From Bugula neritina (taxonomy: Eukaryota > Animalia > Bryozoa), in the NCBI GenBank assembly GCA_964035545.1, contig OZ037767.1:5472707-5536706 (forward strand): a stretch of DNA of 64,000 nucleotides, read 5' to 3'. The notes under the pieces were generated by a model. That model saw only the letters and a program-made list of their open reading frames with translations. It was not told where the DNA came from and ran no database searches. Positions within the stretch are counted from its first letter, which is position 1. The number at the start of each line of letters is the position of its first letter. Of the stretch, positions 19,462 through 34,701 are shown piece by piece. Both the position numbers and the translations under genes were made by a program.

Positions 19462-22035
19462 TAGTATAACAAACACTCGGCCTATTTAAATCCCTGTGCT
19501 TATATATTCTATTTCTACCAGTTTATTTCAAAGACACAGTTTTTATTGTCTGTGCAAATCAATTCAGATTTACATATTGATATTATTTTTTATGATTCTT
19601 TCATCTCATAAACACATAGTCAAATGGTACGGAAATGGCAGCCATGACCCATGACACAAATTAAGTGAGTTTTTAGATCTATGTCGTATAACTATTACAC
19701 AATAACAAGCTGCCAAACAAGTCTGTAGATGGTATAGTCACTTTTAATGTATATTATATAGTCAGATTTAACATAACTTGCTATTTATTCCTAGCTTTAG
19801 TTTTTACGTATTTTTTATATTTTATGGCCAACTTCTAACATGACATTCCACAGAATAATGAAATGTACATAATTTTGTTATATATAGCAAATAATTTTTA
19901 AACGTTAGTGGTTTTAGTTATGTATAATATATTAGTGGTTTAAAATTATATTGTTCATGCTTTGGTGTGCAGCCTAATTTTTTATATTAGTAGTCAATAA
20001 TAGGTTTTAAAATAACTACAATTGCTATATAGTTTTAAGGTACCTCAACTTAGATTATGGTATCTGTATATGAATTGCCTGACAAATCAAATTTATGTCC
20101 ACAGTTGGACTAAATATGTATTATATCTGATGTACAGAACTTCTGTTTATATTGAATAATGTTAAACTTTCTTGTAATAAAATATAAACTTTGAATTGCT
20201 GGTCTTTTCATTCAGAATTCATCTTGAAAAAGTAACTTCTAATTGAAAGTTAAAACAGATACTTCAGAAAAACATTATTCTAGATTGAGAAATATCAAAA
20301 AGTTACTGAATGTATGAATATATTGAATCAGGGTACTGTCATGTTCCAATAATAAAACTAATATAATGTATTTAGATCTGATATTTACAATTAGAAAAAT
20401 TGCCAAGAATGAAGACTATGAAACTTTAAATCACATTCTTAAAATATTTTTAATAATGAAGTTCAAATTTACACAACTAGTTTATAAGACAAACTCATGT
20501 TTATCATCTTTTCAAGTAATAATAAAACTTGTCAGTTTAACTCACTTTGACTGTTTAAAACGTATATTTTTGAGTAGAGTGCATTTTTCAAAGGGTTATT
20601 AAATATTAAAAATAACAATACAAATTTATCCATACAAACTGGTCATGCATGTACAAAATGTAAACATACTGTTATTCAACAAAGAGCCTACGCCCGACAG
20701 TGTATGCTGAGACCTCATATATATTGACACTATTATTGTATCGGCACAAGCCCTGAAGCTAGAGCACTGGGAGTTGTGAGCTCTTTAGCTCATCAAACAT
20801 GAATTATTGCCAAACATTAATTGTTTGATATATAAGTTAAAACAATTTTATTACAGGTTTTGTTGGTAAGGAAATCAATAATAAAATGTAGATATGGATT
20901 GTCTTCTAATCCAAAATATTAAACTAGAGTTATCTACACAGGTGGTCATCGGGATTTAATTTATTAGAGTTTTGGATTATATTTTTGTGTAGTATGCATT
21001 GTTCTGCAATGTAAGAAAAGTGCATGGCTACAGTATATACCCTCTTTTACATGGGGCTGTGTATAGAAATTCAATTGTTAGACTTCAAAGTCAGTATACA
21101 TATTGTATGATATGGGCCCTTCTCGAAAGGGGCATGTTGTAGTAATATATTATTGTTTTAAATATACATTAGTCATATTCTACACTCTACTGTATTATGT
21201 TAATATAATATGATCAAGCACAGAAGCTGTAGGTCTCAACAATAGTATGCTAAATATAGCAATATAGCTATTAAGTTATAGCCTATGTAGCTATATAACC
21301 AGCCTAGAATATAGGTAATCCCAAAGTGCTGGTCACTTATAGTTGGTGAGTATCACATACATAATTTATATCACAACAAAACACTATTTATGAGGTTTTA
21401 AAAAATGCTACAAACTACTTCAACATGTAACATGTAGAGAAATGCCAACATGCAGGCATAATTGCAAATTTTCAAAGAACTTTTAATAGTCATTATGCAT
21501 ATTATAAATGATTATACCAGTTGCAAATGTGAGATGCAGCATCAAGTGAGCTGAGTTTTTTCCTTCATTTACTCCCAAAAATATTAGTCGTATACTAAGA
21601 TTTATATAAATATCAAACAAGTTTAAAGTAGACTTGTAATAATAGTCTTGAAATAAAAAATGTTGGTGAAAAAAGTTCTATAACTCCTTCCTAGCTATGA
21701 CTTTATTCATCAAGATTGGCATTTATAATTATTTAGCAATAATTGAAATAATCAACAGACTAAATTTTTTAAATTCCTGTTTACTGAGGCTGGTAAAAAG
21801 GAAATACTTTTGGCTTTCGCTGATTGGTCTACCAGAATTTCTTTCTTGCTGGCAAGAGATGAACTCAACATAGTCGACAGACGGATAAAAGGTAAAGGTT
21901 AGAGGTCAAGCAAGAGTCATTTTAGAAGAAAATCGTAAAATCCATTGCTACTTATGAACAACCTACAACTATTCAATAAAGAAAGCTCTGTGACCAATAC
22001 TAATAGCAATCAAATCAAATCATTTGTCTTGTCAA

Positions 22036-25000
22036 ATGGCTACGTCAGCTACTGCAGCTCCTGAGAGGTTAATCGTTACGACTGAAGAGGCTGAGCTAAA
22101 GAAAAGAGGCTATACTTTAGGATCAACGCTAGGTGAAGGTTCTTATGCCAAAGTCAAATCCGCATATGTAGATAAAGAGAACAAAAAAGTTGCTATTAAA
22201 ATAATTAACCAGAGGCGGGCGCCTAAAGATTTCCGTGAAAGGTTTTTGCCCAGAGAGTTGGATATTCTTCAAAGCATACGTCATACCAATTTGGTGAACA
22301 TGTTTGAGATATTCAAAATGAATGGAAAGGTTTGTACTTTGCATGTTGCACTCTTCTCAAGTACCTCACATGTTACCCCAAACCCCATCACATATTTCAC
22401 ATGTGACCTCTAAATTTTGCGTGTTGATCACCCTTCCCGTTTATCCTTTTAACTTCTATTAAAAAGCTATTTACCTTATTTCTTAGTTATCTTTATAGCT
22501 TCTAAATCATGTAAGACAAATGCTATTGAACATATCAAATGTGGCACGACTTTTGTAATAACTTTACAGTAATAATTTAGTTCCAATAGGATTCATATGC
22601 TCAATATAAAAATCCCGTTGGCTAATTTAATATTCTTGCGGCAGTAAAATATTCTAACAAATGCTACAGCCAGAATATTATGCAAATGCTTAGCCATAAC
22701 GCTGTGATGCAACTGCTAGTTATTGCAGAAATCAAGTAATAATTCAAACTAAACTTCAAGTAAAGCCTTGAACTTTTGTTTTTTCTCTGTAATACAAAAG
22801 TAGTTATATTTGTATCAGTTTATAAATAACTTGATTGATACTGGTAAACAGTAGCTGCGTATTTAATTTAAAACTCAGAGTTGTCTCCTCTAAAGCATCT
22901 AAGTAATTAAATAGGATAAGTCGTGTGTAGTTTATTCAGCCTTGTTTTCATGCCCCGATAAAATAATTTACTCCAGTGTAACGAAAATATTATAATATTA
23001 AAAATGTTTTGAAATCTGCAAATTGAAAAAAATTTTATTATAAACAAGTTTGATTTAATTGATTTTATTCAATAAATCAAAGTTATCAAAATTGTATATA
23101 TGCTACTTTGAACAAATATTATATAATATAATAAAAGCTGCAGTGTGAGTGTTATCTAAAATCAACTATGTATATATTATCAATTTTGTAGTAATTTAAA
23201 TTTTCTTGGAAAAACCCAGTATTATTTATAGACAAAGATTTTGCTCTTGTAAGCATAAATAAGTTTTCAATTATTTATTTTCTAGTTAATAATCAATCTA
23301 TAGAAATATAGTATATCGACAAAACTGCATAGCATAGCACAGTTGCCTTATCCAATTATTTTTGACTAGTTTTACTCTGCTAAACATAATATTTTGTTTA
23401 TAAAAACTAATATGAGATGATTTTGTTTTTGCTTATTTTCAAGTCAACCTTATTTTATAATTTAAAAATAATGTTTTGGCTAAATAATTATAAAGCTTGT
23501 AAAACAATACAGTAAATTAGGCCACTAATTGTTTTTATAATACTTAATTTTTTTATTGCCAATACAAAAGCTGAAAAAAGATAATTTTTGTTGAGTGTTC
23601 TAAGATATGTTGCATGTCTCTGTGTGCTATAGAGATATTGTGATTATACAGTATATTGTTTATCAGTGTTTAAAAATATCGGTATGAGCAGTATAACTGA
23701 TTCTATAAAGCTTATAAAAATAACATTCTTTAAAAAAAACATACTTCATTTTATTAGCTTTTTTTCTCGCAAACCACAAATTATGCAATGTTATCTATCA
23801 TACAAGAGTTATCTTCTCTTGCTAGGTATATATAGTAATGGAAATGGCTGGCCATGGTGACCTGTTGGAGTATATTAAGTTAAGAGGATCTATACCAGAT
23901 AGAAAGAGCTGTACTCTCTTTAAAAACTTACTTGATGGAGTCCAGTATCTTCACAATAACAACATTGTACACAGGTAAGGTGCACACAACTACTGAACGT
24001 TTCTACTACATATCCAACAACAAAATAGTGGTTAACCGCTATTGTAGGTTATTATTTATTGTATGTGTTATTATTTATGTATGTGTTTCTTACTATATTT
24101 TTTTAGGTCTTGTAAATAACGAGTTCCTTTTAAAATATAAATTTGTTACTATTTTAATTCTTGTTTGCAAACTAAGCTTAATTTATATACGTTTAGCAGG
24201 AAATTTAGCAATTACAACCACCAATGGCAGACTACCACTCTGATTCAATGGTGATGCAATCTTTTGTCTCAATACTCAATAATAGAACAACATTATAATT
24301 ATGCTCTATAAATCTAAATCTATTCATTTGATATATTATTCACCAAATGAGATGCACTGGTAAAGAATGCCAACTTGACTATATATTTGGGGTAACATTT
24401 GCACTAGGATAGCTTTTATGCAATTTTTGTATCTCAGCTCCATTCAAAGGCAATTTTTTTTTGTTTATTTATAATTGTTAGGAGTGACTAGTCATTTATA
24501 TAAAGCATATAATTTACAATAACTATATTTTGCAGAGACTTGAAATGCGAAAACCTACTACTAGATGTGAATAATAACATTAAAATATCGGACTTTGGGT
24601 TCGCTAGACGTTTTGAAGCTGGTGAAGTGTGCAAAACATTCTGTGGTAGTGCTGCTTATGCTGCTCCAGAAATACTTCGAGGAATACCTTACGAACCAAC
24701 AGGATACGATGTATGGAGCATAGGAGTTATCCTCTATATTATGGTACGTGCAGCAGTCATTACTAACTATGAACTCTCTTCTTTGTTATCAGCAGTCAAC
24801 ACTCACCATGAGTGTCACTAGAATTCTCCCTTGTTGGATATTATTTGAAGCAATTCAACCCTCAGTTAAATCTCCACGTTCACTTAGACTTGTCTACTAT
24901 AAATTTAGTGGTTGAGGCAGGGGGTTCTGCAGAAGGAGGGGGTGTGCAATATACCACCATTTTCTCCATGAAACAGAATATTTTTAAACATTTTGCTTTC

Positions 25001-25883
25001 TAAAAAAGAATCAAGTAATGATTAATCACACATAATTTATCTATGTATGTTTATATTAGCTATATGCGTATTTATATATTATGTACTCTAATGTTGATGC
25101 ATTACTTGAATGCATGCTTGTTTATGTATGTTTATTATATTACAAATATGTATGCTATATGTATGCTATATGCGTATGCTACTATATAATATATATATGC
25201 TATATGTATGCTACTATATGTATGCTTATAGATACGCTTATATATACGCTTATATATATGCTTATATATATATGCTTTATATATATATATGCTTTTATAT
25301 ATTGCTTATATGTATGCTTATATATATGCCTATATATATGCCTATATATATGCCTATATATGCCTATATATGCCTATATGATGCGTAAAATGTGAAAAAT
25401 AATTGCCTCCACTGGGATTCGAATCCGAGACCTCCGGTCTTGCAAGCAGGCGCACTAACTATTACAGCTCGCAGACAGCTGGACAATCACAATACTATAA
25501 CAAAATCTATGCATGCAGGTGTGCGGATCTATGCCCTATGACGATTCTAACATACGTAGAATGATCAGAGATCAAACAGAAAGAAAAGTGGGATTTAGTC
25601 ACTCAAAGCATGTGTCTGAAACAGCCAGAAATTTAATATACTCCATCCTAGAATCTGATGTTAACAAAAGGTGAGTTTCTCTGTTTCATTTTGAAGAGAA
25701 AGCTAAAAACAAAAACCTTAATTGAACATAACAAGGTGAGATGTTTAAAGTGTGTTGAAGCCATCATTATCTCCATAATTTTAACTGAACTTTTAATATT
25801 TTAGATTTAAAATTGTCGACATCAGAGCTCACTCTTGGATGAATTTGCCAGACACCATGGCAAAGCCTGCCTCGAAAGTATAA
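22036..25883 (+). CDS. TSSK: Testis-specific serine/threonine kinase family protein (293 aa, 5 exons)
   Basis: Exons 22036-22329, 23826-23974, 24536-24743, 25519-25670, 25805-25883. Motifs [71 protein letters not shown] are typical of TSSKs. Specific paralog not assigned. Confidence 0.93.
25040..25385. repeat. TA-rich ~12-bp minisatellite (TATATATGC(C/T)TA)n
   Basis: Repeated TATATATGCCTA/TATATATGCTTA units in TSSK intron 3, directly 3' (on the - strand) of a tRNA-derived element. Confidence 0.85.
25395..25500 (-). mobile_element. tRNA(Ala-TGC)-derived short element / tRNA pseudogene
   Basis: Minus strand: GAGCTGTAATAGTTAGTGCG-CCTGC-TTGCAAG-ACCGG-AGGTC-TCGGATTCGAATCCCA...GGCAATTATTTTT. A/B boxes, TGC anticodon-like loop and oligo-T end are present, but the acceptor and anticodon stems are broken. 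Confidence 0.7.
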
Positions 25884-26694
25884 CTCATTCAGTGATTGGC
25901 TCTCACCATTCAATTGCTCAAAGTTGACAAATGCGTACAATTAATCTTCAAATATAATTTTTATATTTTTTCTTTCCATAAACTTGAAAGTTTGGCAGAA
26001 AATGTTATATACTTTAAAATATATGAAATAACAAGCATGTTCAAGTAATACTAATGCAGCTTGACCTGTTGTTTGAAGTAGCTCTGAATAATAATAAATT
26101 ATTCAAGTAAAACTGTTGTATTGAAAAGCAAGGCATGCAGATAATAGCTAGAAGATAGATGATACAGCTTCGAATTATGCATGCTGTCATAAAAAAACTT
26201 GGGTTTATAAGTTGAAAAAGCAGGTGCTTGCAGGTATCGAAATATGACAAGTAAATAATATACAAAGTGTGTGGCAAACACACACAAAAAGAAATTTATT
26301 GCTTTTCAGTAAAAAGATGCATAAGTCTGCTCAATATATAATCATGTAGCAATAATAGAAAAGCAATGTATTATCATGATTAACAAGTGAAGAAAGCATT
26401 ACTGTGCTTGTAACAATTACTCAGTATACTTCAAATCATATAATTATACATGCCAGCAACTATTGAACTTCAAGCGATGGTATGATATTAATTATCTATG
26501 CAGATATTATGGTTTCTATACATTAATATGAGCATTTATATATGAGCATGTATGCTATATATATTATAGTACATCTATATGTGTACATAAGTTATAATAG
26601 TTTATAAAAAATAATGAAAATGCTAATATGGTTCCCTCTACTGCAAGCTTTTCTTACGTATCCAAAAAATCAATTTTGTTGGAATATACTTAAA

Positions 26695-27000
26695 TCACTT
26701 TGACTCGGATATTTTATTTGAGATTCCACTGCAGGTCTTTCTAAAAGTATCTTTATTTGCTGTAATGTGGTACAGATATAGCTGCTTATTTCCATTAGTG
26801 CCTTTGAAATAATATGGTACGTCTAATAAGACAGGTCTCTGATTAATCTGCATGCAGCAACCTGGTGTGTGCCTTTTCAAATCTCACGAGGTTCATGCAG
26901 TCGTCTAGCTTAATACTTAGAGGAGCGATCCATGGAGAACTCTCAATATCTAACTTAATTGGTATTTGGTGATTCCAGGTCTTTTATTAGCTTCATTTTT
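26695..27000 (-). pseudogene. Decayed GAL3ST-like terminal exon (exon 8 remnant)
   Basis: Acceptor TTTTAG then KNEANKRPGIT, a frameshift, LDIESSPWIAPLSIKLDDCMNLVRFEKAHTRL and another frameshift. Flanking intron 7 and the exon-7 donor (~27350) are recognisable; 26040-26400 matches the 3' flank of copy B (37100-37430). Confidence 0.8.
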
Positions 27001-29215
27001 CTAAAAGTAAACAATTTGATGTTATTAGTACAAATTTTGTTAAGAACTTTGTAATCGTGATAATGATCACTACCATCACTCAATAGAACTTGATTTCAAT
27101 ACCTTTTGCCGAAGTAGCAATTTCTATCTTTTGAACAGCAGAGCTACACAATTTAAAATTGAAAGTAAAACTTACCCAATTAAAACTAAAAGTTTAAAGC
27201 TCAAAGTTTTCACTATTAGTGGTTTATGTTGACAAGTCAATAATATTTGAAATATTGATTTTAATAAGATCATTCAGCCTTTGAAAGTTTAAAATATATT
27301 TGTGGAAAGTATAGGTAATTTACAACACATATGGCAGCTACACAATGAATCCTCACCTAAGTTTTGATAGCAAGTCAGGTCTAAAACTAAATATTTGTTC
27401 TTTGAGACTCCTAGTGATAGTGATGCAATATAGCATCATCATTTACAAATAAATAACAAAACATTCTAATGATTACCATGCACATGTAAATTTTCCAACA
27501 TGCACCAAAATGTTGAATAAAATGGAAAAAAACAGAGTGTAGCAAAAGCGTCAACAGTATAAATATAACTGCATTGATTAATTTCTTTTCAAAGAACAAA
27601 AGTTTTATTCAACCAAAGCTTATTATATGTGTGGACACTTGAAAAGTAATTTAAACAAAAGCTTCGTTTAAATGTTTCATGTTTCATGACGCAGACTACT
27701 ACTGAAAATGGTCCAATAACACAGAGGGTTCAAAGTTCACACTGAAATAACATCATCCCCGCTATTTCCACTTTTGGTTCTTATTGTTCTATGTCAAACT
27801 CCGATAGTTTTCTAACCAATTAAATTGAATATATGGTCAACAACAGCTAATCAATTTGTGCAACTAATATTTCTTTAGCAGTTCAGCAGAAGTGCTCACT
27901 TTTCTATGGAGTAATAAGGTCCCAGGATTGTAAGACTGATAAGTTTCACTTGCAATCCAGGGTCGTGCATTACCAATAATCTGTAAATGTACTTAAAAGT
28001 ACACTGACTCAGTATCACACATCTCGGTACACACCAACTCACATGCTGTATGTTATTGAGGGCTACTATGTTATGTATAGTCCTATATAGCTGTCCAGGA
28101 AGAATACCTATATAAGTTGCACTAAATTATTCTACTCTCGGTTGACCAGCAAAGACAATGATTTCTAAAATGCTGTTATGAATAAAGACAATGATATGTT
28201 CCATCAATAGTGACTGTTGTTCAGCTCATTGTTCAACTTTTTTTATCCTTTTACAATTTATATTCAGTGTAATTTACCCTAGTTTATTTGCTATCAGCAC
28301 CAGTCCTGAAGTGTGTACACATCTATATGTACATTGATCTTGTATAGTAAATTATACTAAAGAGCATGCGTGTTTTAAAAATATTTTAGAAATACATCCT
28401 GATTATTTTAAATAAATAAATAATAAGCTATAAAACACATGCAGAAGATTGTCAATTAATCAATATATTTGTGTGGAAATAAAATATTCGTAATATCATT
28501 TAATAAAAAATGACATCACGAAGGTATTAATTGTTGAAATAACACATACCTATAAGCTGTTTTGAACAGTGATTATTGAGCTTATAAATAATGGTAGGTC
28601 TATAAATCATTTCATTTCTTACAATTATGAGTAAAAATGTACATTAAAGTTTAAAGATATATTGGCAACAAAGACGGTACTGAATGAGAACAACCTACTC
28701 ATTCAATCATTAAAAACTATATCTACATATGATGGTTTCTATACATTCAAATAAGCACCATTGTGTATAGTAAGGCCTATATATACATTAATTCTGGTTA
28801 ATAAAAATTAATGAAAACTGCCAGACTTTTTCTTTACTGCAAGCTTAGCTAGAATTCCAGAAGTTTATTAAAAGTCTACAGAATCAAAGTAATGACTCTG
28901 AATTTGTCTAATTTCGTACAACTATAAATAAGCTGATCATTAGAAATTTAGTAAATTCAAACTAATATTAACTGGGGTACTATAGAAGTAGTAATATGCT
29001 AGATACAGCTGTAATTCTTTGAAGCTTATCTGATCTGATTGCTGTTTGCTAATTTTTATAAGAAACTGTTTGAGCAACTTTATTGTGACCTCTGAACTGT
29101 CTTGGAGGTCAGAGGTCATTCCTCCTAACTATTTCTCCTTAATGTTGAAGGAATATACTTAAAGCGCTTTGCACTTGCATCTTTTACTCGAGCTTCTGCT
29201 GCAGATCTTCATAAA

Positions 29216-32200
29216 TTATGTTTTAACTTTCTGCGGTGCAGACTCAACTGCTGGTTTAATTGGCGTTCTGATTCCATCATTTCTTATGAAATAATGTGAT
29301 GCTTTGAATAAGTCAGGTCTCTGATTGATCTGAAACAACCTAGTGTACGCTTGTTCATTTCTCATCAAATTTTTGCAGTCCTCCAACTCAATACTGAAAG
29401 GGGCGTTCCATGGAGAACCTGTAATCTCTAATCTTGGTATGGTGATTCCAGGTGTTTTATTAACTTCATTTTTCTAAAATTATGCAGTTCAATTATGTTA
29501 GGTTAGAATTTTTGTTGGCAACTTTGTGATCTTGATAATGATCACCACCGTCACCCAATTGAATTTTATTTTGATATTTTTTGACCAAGTAGAGCAATTT
29601 ATATAGATCTCTCAAACAAAAGAGCAACACCATTTCACATGAAATGTAAAATTTTAAATTGAAACTAATAATTTAAAGCTCAAGATTTATTCAACAGTTT
29701 TTTTATGGCTTATATAATAGTATTTGAAATATTGACATTACTGAAATCATCCAAACCACAAAAAATTAAAATATTATACTGTAAAAAGTAAGGAAATTAG
29801 ATCAGCTCAACATCTCAACACATGGAATCCTCACCTTGAACAGGGCAATATCTGCTTTACAATATGATCCGACCAGACTGTTTACAGATTTATAATACAT
29901 CAGCTCCTCTTCAAACTTTTTCTCTTTGCTAATTTCTCTCCATAACGTGGCATTGGCCCACTTATAAATCTGTAGATCCACACTCATCCAGTCTAGTAGT
30001 ATTTCTGCTGTTTTGGCAGGGATTGGGTCAGTCTTATCTTTTAATAAATAACATGATTACAAAACACAGTATATGAAATTTTTTGTATATTCATGCAAAA
30101 AAGCTGTGCAATTTGCACATAGATAGATCTTCAACACTCCTCAAAAGTTTATACCAGTGCGCTAACCAGTAATGCTGCAGCAAATTAGTTAATGTTTGTA
30201 ATGCAGGCTTTCGGGGTATCTAGTTTTGGCCTTATTATAGTAAAATATCTGTGACTTATAACACACCCATAGTAATTATTTAAAAGCAAAACAAAAGAAG
30301 CTCAAGTTTTAAATCAGAAGAACAGTTACCTAATAATATTAAAGAAATGTGATTGTAAAGTTAGCACTGAACATAACTAATTCAAGCAGTAAAAGTAATG
30401 TAGCGTAATGAATACATAATAGTTAATCTAGCATTCAGCGTTGCGTTTAGCATAACGTTCCACTCATATAGGTTATCGCATCACGTGATTCCCGACTACG
30501 CAACGACTGCTAGTTGTAAATTCATTAATTAGATAACAGCACGCACTCGCCCATTGGCTGTGGCTTTACGCTTAGGCAGCCCGGATGTTTGAGTGCAGAC
30601 GTTGGCCCTACAGTTAGTAGAATAGTAGCGCGCTAGCGATGCAAGCTTATCACATCAATAATATCAATTTTAAATGAAATAATTAATAAAATACAAGTGA
30701 ATTTAAATTGGAATTAACTTGAAGAGGCACAGGTTAGTTTTGTTTTTCAGTATTTGTAATAGTTTGAAGCTTTCCTTAAGTATTTTTATCTATTTCAACT
30801 TAATAATAAATATTTAGTTTATTTAACATGTTTAGGAGTTTAACAAGTTCGAAATGCCAGTGTGGTCAGTGCATGATAGAATTCATGGCTATGTGTTTAC
30901 TTTATAATAGATTTCTCATAAAATTACAGCTTCTTAAGGCAGGCTCTCCAGTTATTGATCAGATTGTCACAGGATAGAACCCTAAATTGTAGCTTAAAGT
31001 TTTACTTTTACTCATAACAGTAATTCACTGCAACTACCAATTCAAGTCAACTTTGAATACAGTTCAATCTTTGTTTATGTGATACATGCACTAATACTTG
31101 TCTTAACTGATAATTAATTAACTTTGTCTATATATGGCAGTTATCATTTGTTGTCATTTTTATTATAAACTTTAATATTTTTAGTAGACCTACAATGTCA
31201 TTTCCTAGAGTCAAACTCACCCTAGCTAGCCACTAAAAGAAGGCAAGAGGTGATTAATCTAAAATATGCATATATGTTTGAATACTTTACAATGTCATAA
31301 ATAATTTTTGTTTGTTTTGTTTTAAAAACCTATTATAATTGTATATATTAACCTACTTTTATAGTTTCTTACGGCAGTTGGAATAAGTAAAAATAAAGTT
31401 ACGAAAACCAACACCAGTACAACTCATCTATAGTTAGTGGCGACGCTACAGTGATACCTTTTTTTGTTATTACATAAGCAATCTGGAGATTGAATACGAT
31501 TTTACAAAACAATGAGGTGACAAGTGAATGTCCATTCATATGTTATACAAACTTAAAATAATCATTTTGATCAGGCTAAAAAGATTACGAAAAAAATTTT
31601 TATAACATTTTTGTGACTTCACTAGTGGTTTTTTGAAAAACGCGGAAATATTCACAGTCAAAAGTACAACAAAAATCCACAAATGGTATCTGCTTTAAAC
31701 TAAAATATAAACGAAGTCACTGTAGAAAATTAAAACTCACTCTGATATGGCAAAACCATTTTCTTGAGAAAAAGTATGTCTGTGATATCCCAGCACCACC
31801 TCCTTTTAAGAAGTAGCAGACTCTCCTGCATGTATTCCGTAACTAGCAGGAATGGAAACGTCTCCTTTAAATCAGCCATAAATTCTTCTACCTGTATATT
31901 ATTTATGAAGTTCCTTTACAAAGCAATTATAAAAGTCTTGCTGTTAGAAGTTATAAATACATTATAGTTATTGGTAGAAAAGGTCCACAAACTGTTTAAG
32001 TAACTTGATGACTATTTATGTTCTAGAAACCTTGATATAAGATTACTAAATTTAGATAAATTTTTTATTAAAAACAGATTAAATATGGTATTCAGAAAAT
32101 TTAAGGTGACTAACAAAATCTTTTGCGGCTTAGTTACTCTGTTATATGCAGAAACTGGCATGAACCTAACTTTACTATCCATATAAAGTAATCATATCCA

Positions 32201-33857
32201 TTTGAATTATCTGTTCTCATGTTATATTATTTTTATCAGAAGCTTTTTAGATTCACCTTTTCTGGTTTATCCATTTCTTTCCTCCCCAGACCAAAGTCGG
32301 CAGCCTGAAGGTTATGAGTCAATGATCGGACATGAAGGTTCGAATCTGAAGAATTTTTATACTGGTTATTGCACCCATCATAATAGTCTGGATTATCCGC
32401 AAACCTACAATACATGAAATTATGATGTTTTCTTAAACAACAAGCATTTATTGTAATGAAAGGTAAATTCTACTCTTATAGGTTTAGTGGATGAAGTTGT
32501 TATTCTAACACAGACAGTCATTTATGCTGAATTTACCTTTTCAAGACAAAGCAATGCAAGCAAATCTGTAGCTAAATACAATAGATTGTAGATGTTTGCA
32601 TATCTCATTATCAAAAACACTGTTATCCACAGCATACGAAAATAGATAACGGACAATTTTACTTACATCAGATTGTTTTTGTTATTTGCTGTTATACTCG
32701 TTGATGTTAATTTCACACTCAACTCACCTGATGATTCGTTCCATCAGTGAATATTTACCAACTTCATCTGCTGGAATAAGCCATGTTTTAAAAAAGTTCA
32801 TTGCAGACTTGAAATGTGTTAGAGGGTAGCGGACGACTCCTACAAAGATCAAAACATGACGATTGAAAATTTTTAATTCTTGTTCAGACACTTCGATTCA
32901 TATCCTGCTAAATTTACTAGCTATAAATTTCGATGACATAATTCAGCAAAGGTAATATTAAATCTACCAGGTATTTGTCAAATTAGCATATGCAGAATTC
33001 AATTAATCTTTACCTATAAATTTAGGGTTGTTGGGAAGAATTTTTCGGATGACCATTTTATTGAATACGGCGTGATTTACAAAAACATTAAAATTCATAG
33101 TTTTATTTTTATGAGGCAGAACATGTTTCTGGGGATCTAACTTGTAGGGCCATCCAAGGTATATATCTCCTACAAATAAATGAATAGCACTTTATAACTT
33201 TTACAAAAATGGTTGTATATTGTAGTGTGGTGTATACTTAAAGTAAAAGTAAGGAGATTAGGAAGCTCAACATTTAGAGTACTATATTCATTCAACTTTA
33301 ATATTTTAAAACAAGCAAATACATGCTGACTATAACAGCTGGTGAATTTGAAGTATGTATACTAGGTGAAGTCTTAAAGAGTGTGACAAGACTATTTAAA
33401 GTATAAAGAAAAAATAAAATGAGTGGAAACTAAGAGTTGGTGAAAAACACTTTCACTATGCAATTGATAAAAGAGTGACTAAAAATAATTGAGTACAACT
33501 TTCAATCAACAGAGAAAAAATTACATAAAGTTTTGTTTGTACCAATTTGTTGACTAAAGAGTAATCTACAAACCTTGTCTTGGGAGAGCAAACAACAAGT
33601 TATGTTTGTGACCAAATCGTTGTAGTATAGATATGAGGGTGGAAGAACCAGCCTTATGAGTTTTCACAAATGCAAAGTCGACTACTTTATTGCATGTCTG
33701 TGTAGACATAAACTCGTGTGTCTCAGGGCTAGAAAGAGAAGGTACAGAAGAGTTAAAAAATACATTTAATGAGGTGACATAAAAATATGTCCACAAGATA
33801 ACGTTAGAAAATAATTTAGTATATGAACAAAAGATTTGTAAAAAGTAATATAAAGTG

Positions 33858-33933
<76 letters not shown>

Positions 33934-34701
33934 CACTCCGTTTCTATGACTGCGCATTATGCAAATGAATGCCTCAATGGATTAATTGTGGTTTGTGGTT
34001 TGCATTACCTTATAGACCATGGTTTCATTCAATGTAACTTTTTCTATTAACCAAAGGAAAAAGTCCATTCGAATGCTGAGGCAATAATTTCTGCGTTTTC
34101 ATGCAGGCGAATGAATCCTTACAGATGTCCGTACGGATCACATCGAAGGAAAACCAAACGTTTCTATGCAATTTGTACGAAGTTATCTTTTCTTTGCAAT
34201 TGTGACGGCTGAATTAAAATGTAAACTAATGTGGCCAATGATAATTTAATTATTGCTTCTGCTCCCATTTTTGCTAGAATAATTTTAGTAAATAAACAAA
34301 CTTTGACTTAATTTATTTTAACTTAAAAAAGCTGGTAGCAAAACTACAGTCAATTCAATATTCATAACAAAACAACAATCGCAAAGCAACATGCAACAAG
34401 TTACTAAAACCTGTGGGGGAGCTCAAAAAACATAGCAATGCTACAAAATAGCACTGTCGCCAAAGCAAAACTTTGGCGGGTTGCAAAGGTTTGAAGTAGA
34501 TGATACATACTTGGGTCTATTCTCTGGCATTCTCTCTAGCTTCTTATCTGTGATATGAGAACCCATGAATGATTTGACGTTTTTTATAACTTTGCCTCCT
34601 TGTAGGATCCTAATGCCATTATGATTTACTACTAAATGTAAGGCTGTAAATGTCAAAGCAACTATTACAAAAACTATCACTTGGTAACGTAGAGTTTGCA
34701 T
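29216..34701 (-). CDS. Galactose-3-O-sulfotransferase-like protein, copy A (~457 aa, 8 coding exons)
   Basis: Exons 34701-34511, 33728-33574, 33169-33014, 32839-32728, 32404-32257, 31891-31741, 30037-29835, 29473-29216. Type II N-terminal TM helix, FVKTHKAGSST (5'-PSB), VRYPLTHFKS (3'-PB), NLQAADFG, LVTEYMQESLLLLKRRWCWDITDI, DLQIYKWANATLW are GAL3ST family motifs. Frame open throughout. Confidence 0.88.
30354..31450 (-). mobile_element. Solo LTR (~1.1 kb), TSD GTGAT, in GAL3ST-A intron 6
   Basis: TGTA...TACA termini, GTGAT at 30349-30353 and 31451-31455, absent from the homologous intron in the other copies. Confidence 0.85.
33861..33932. repeat. (TA)n microsatellite
   Basis: Direct observation; GAL3ST-A intron 1. 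Confidence 0.95.

Noticed and set aside
25081-25395. Y/I/C/M-rich ORFs
   Set aside because: Artefacts of the TA-rich minisatellite.
33933-34330. Possible Tc1/mariner-like end (TA-CACTCCG) after (TA)n
   Set aside because: No matching inverted end found.
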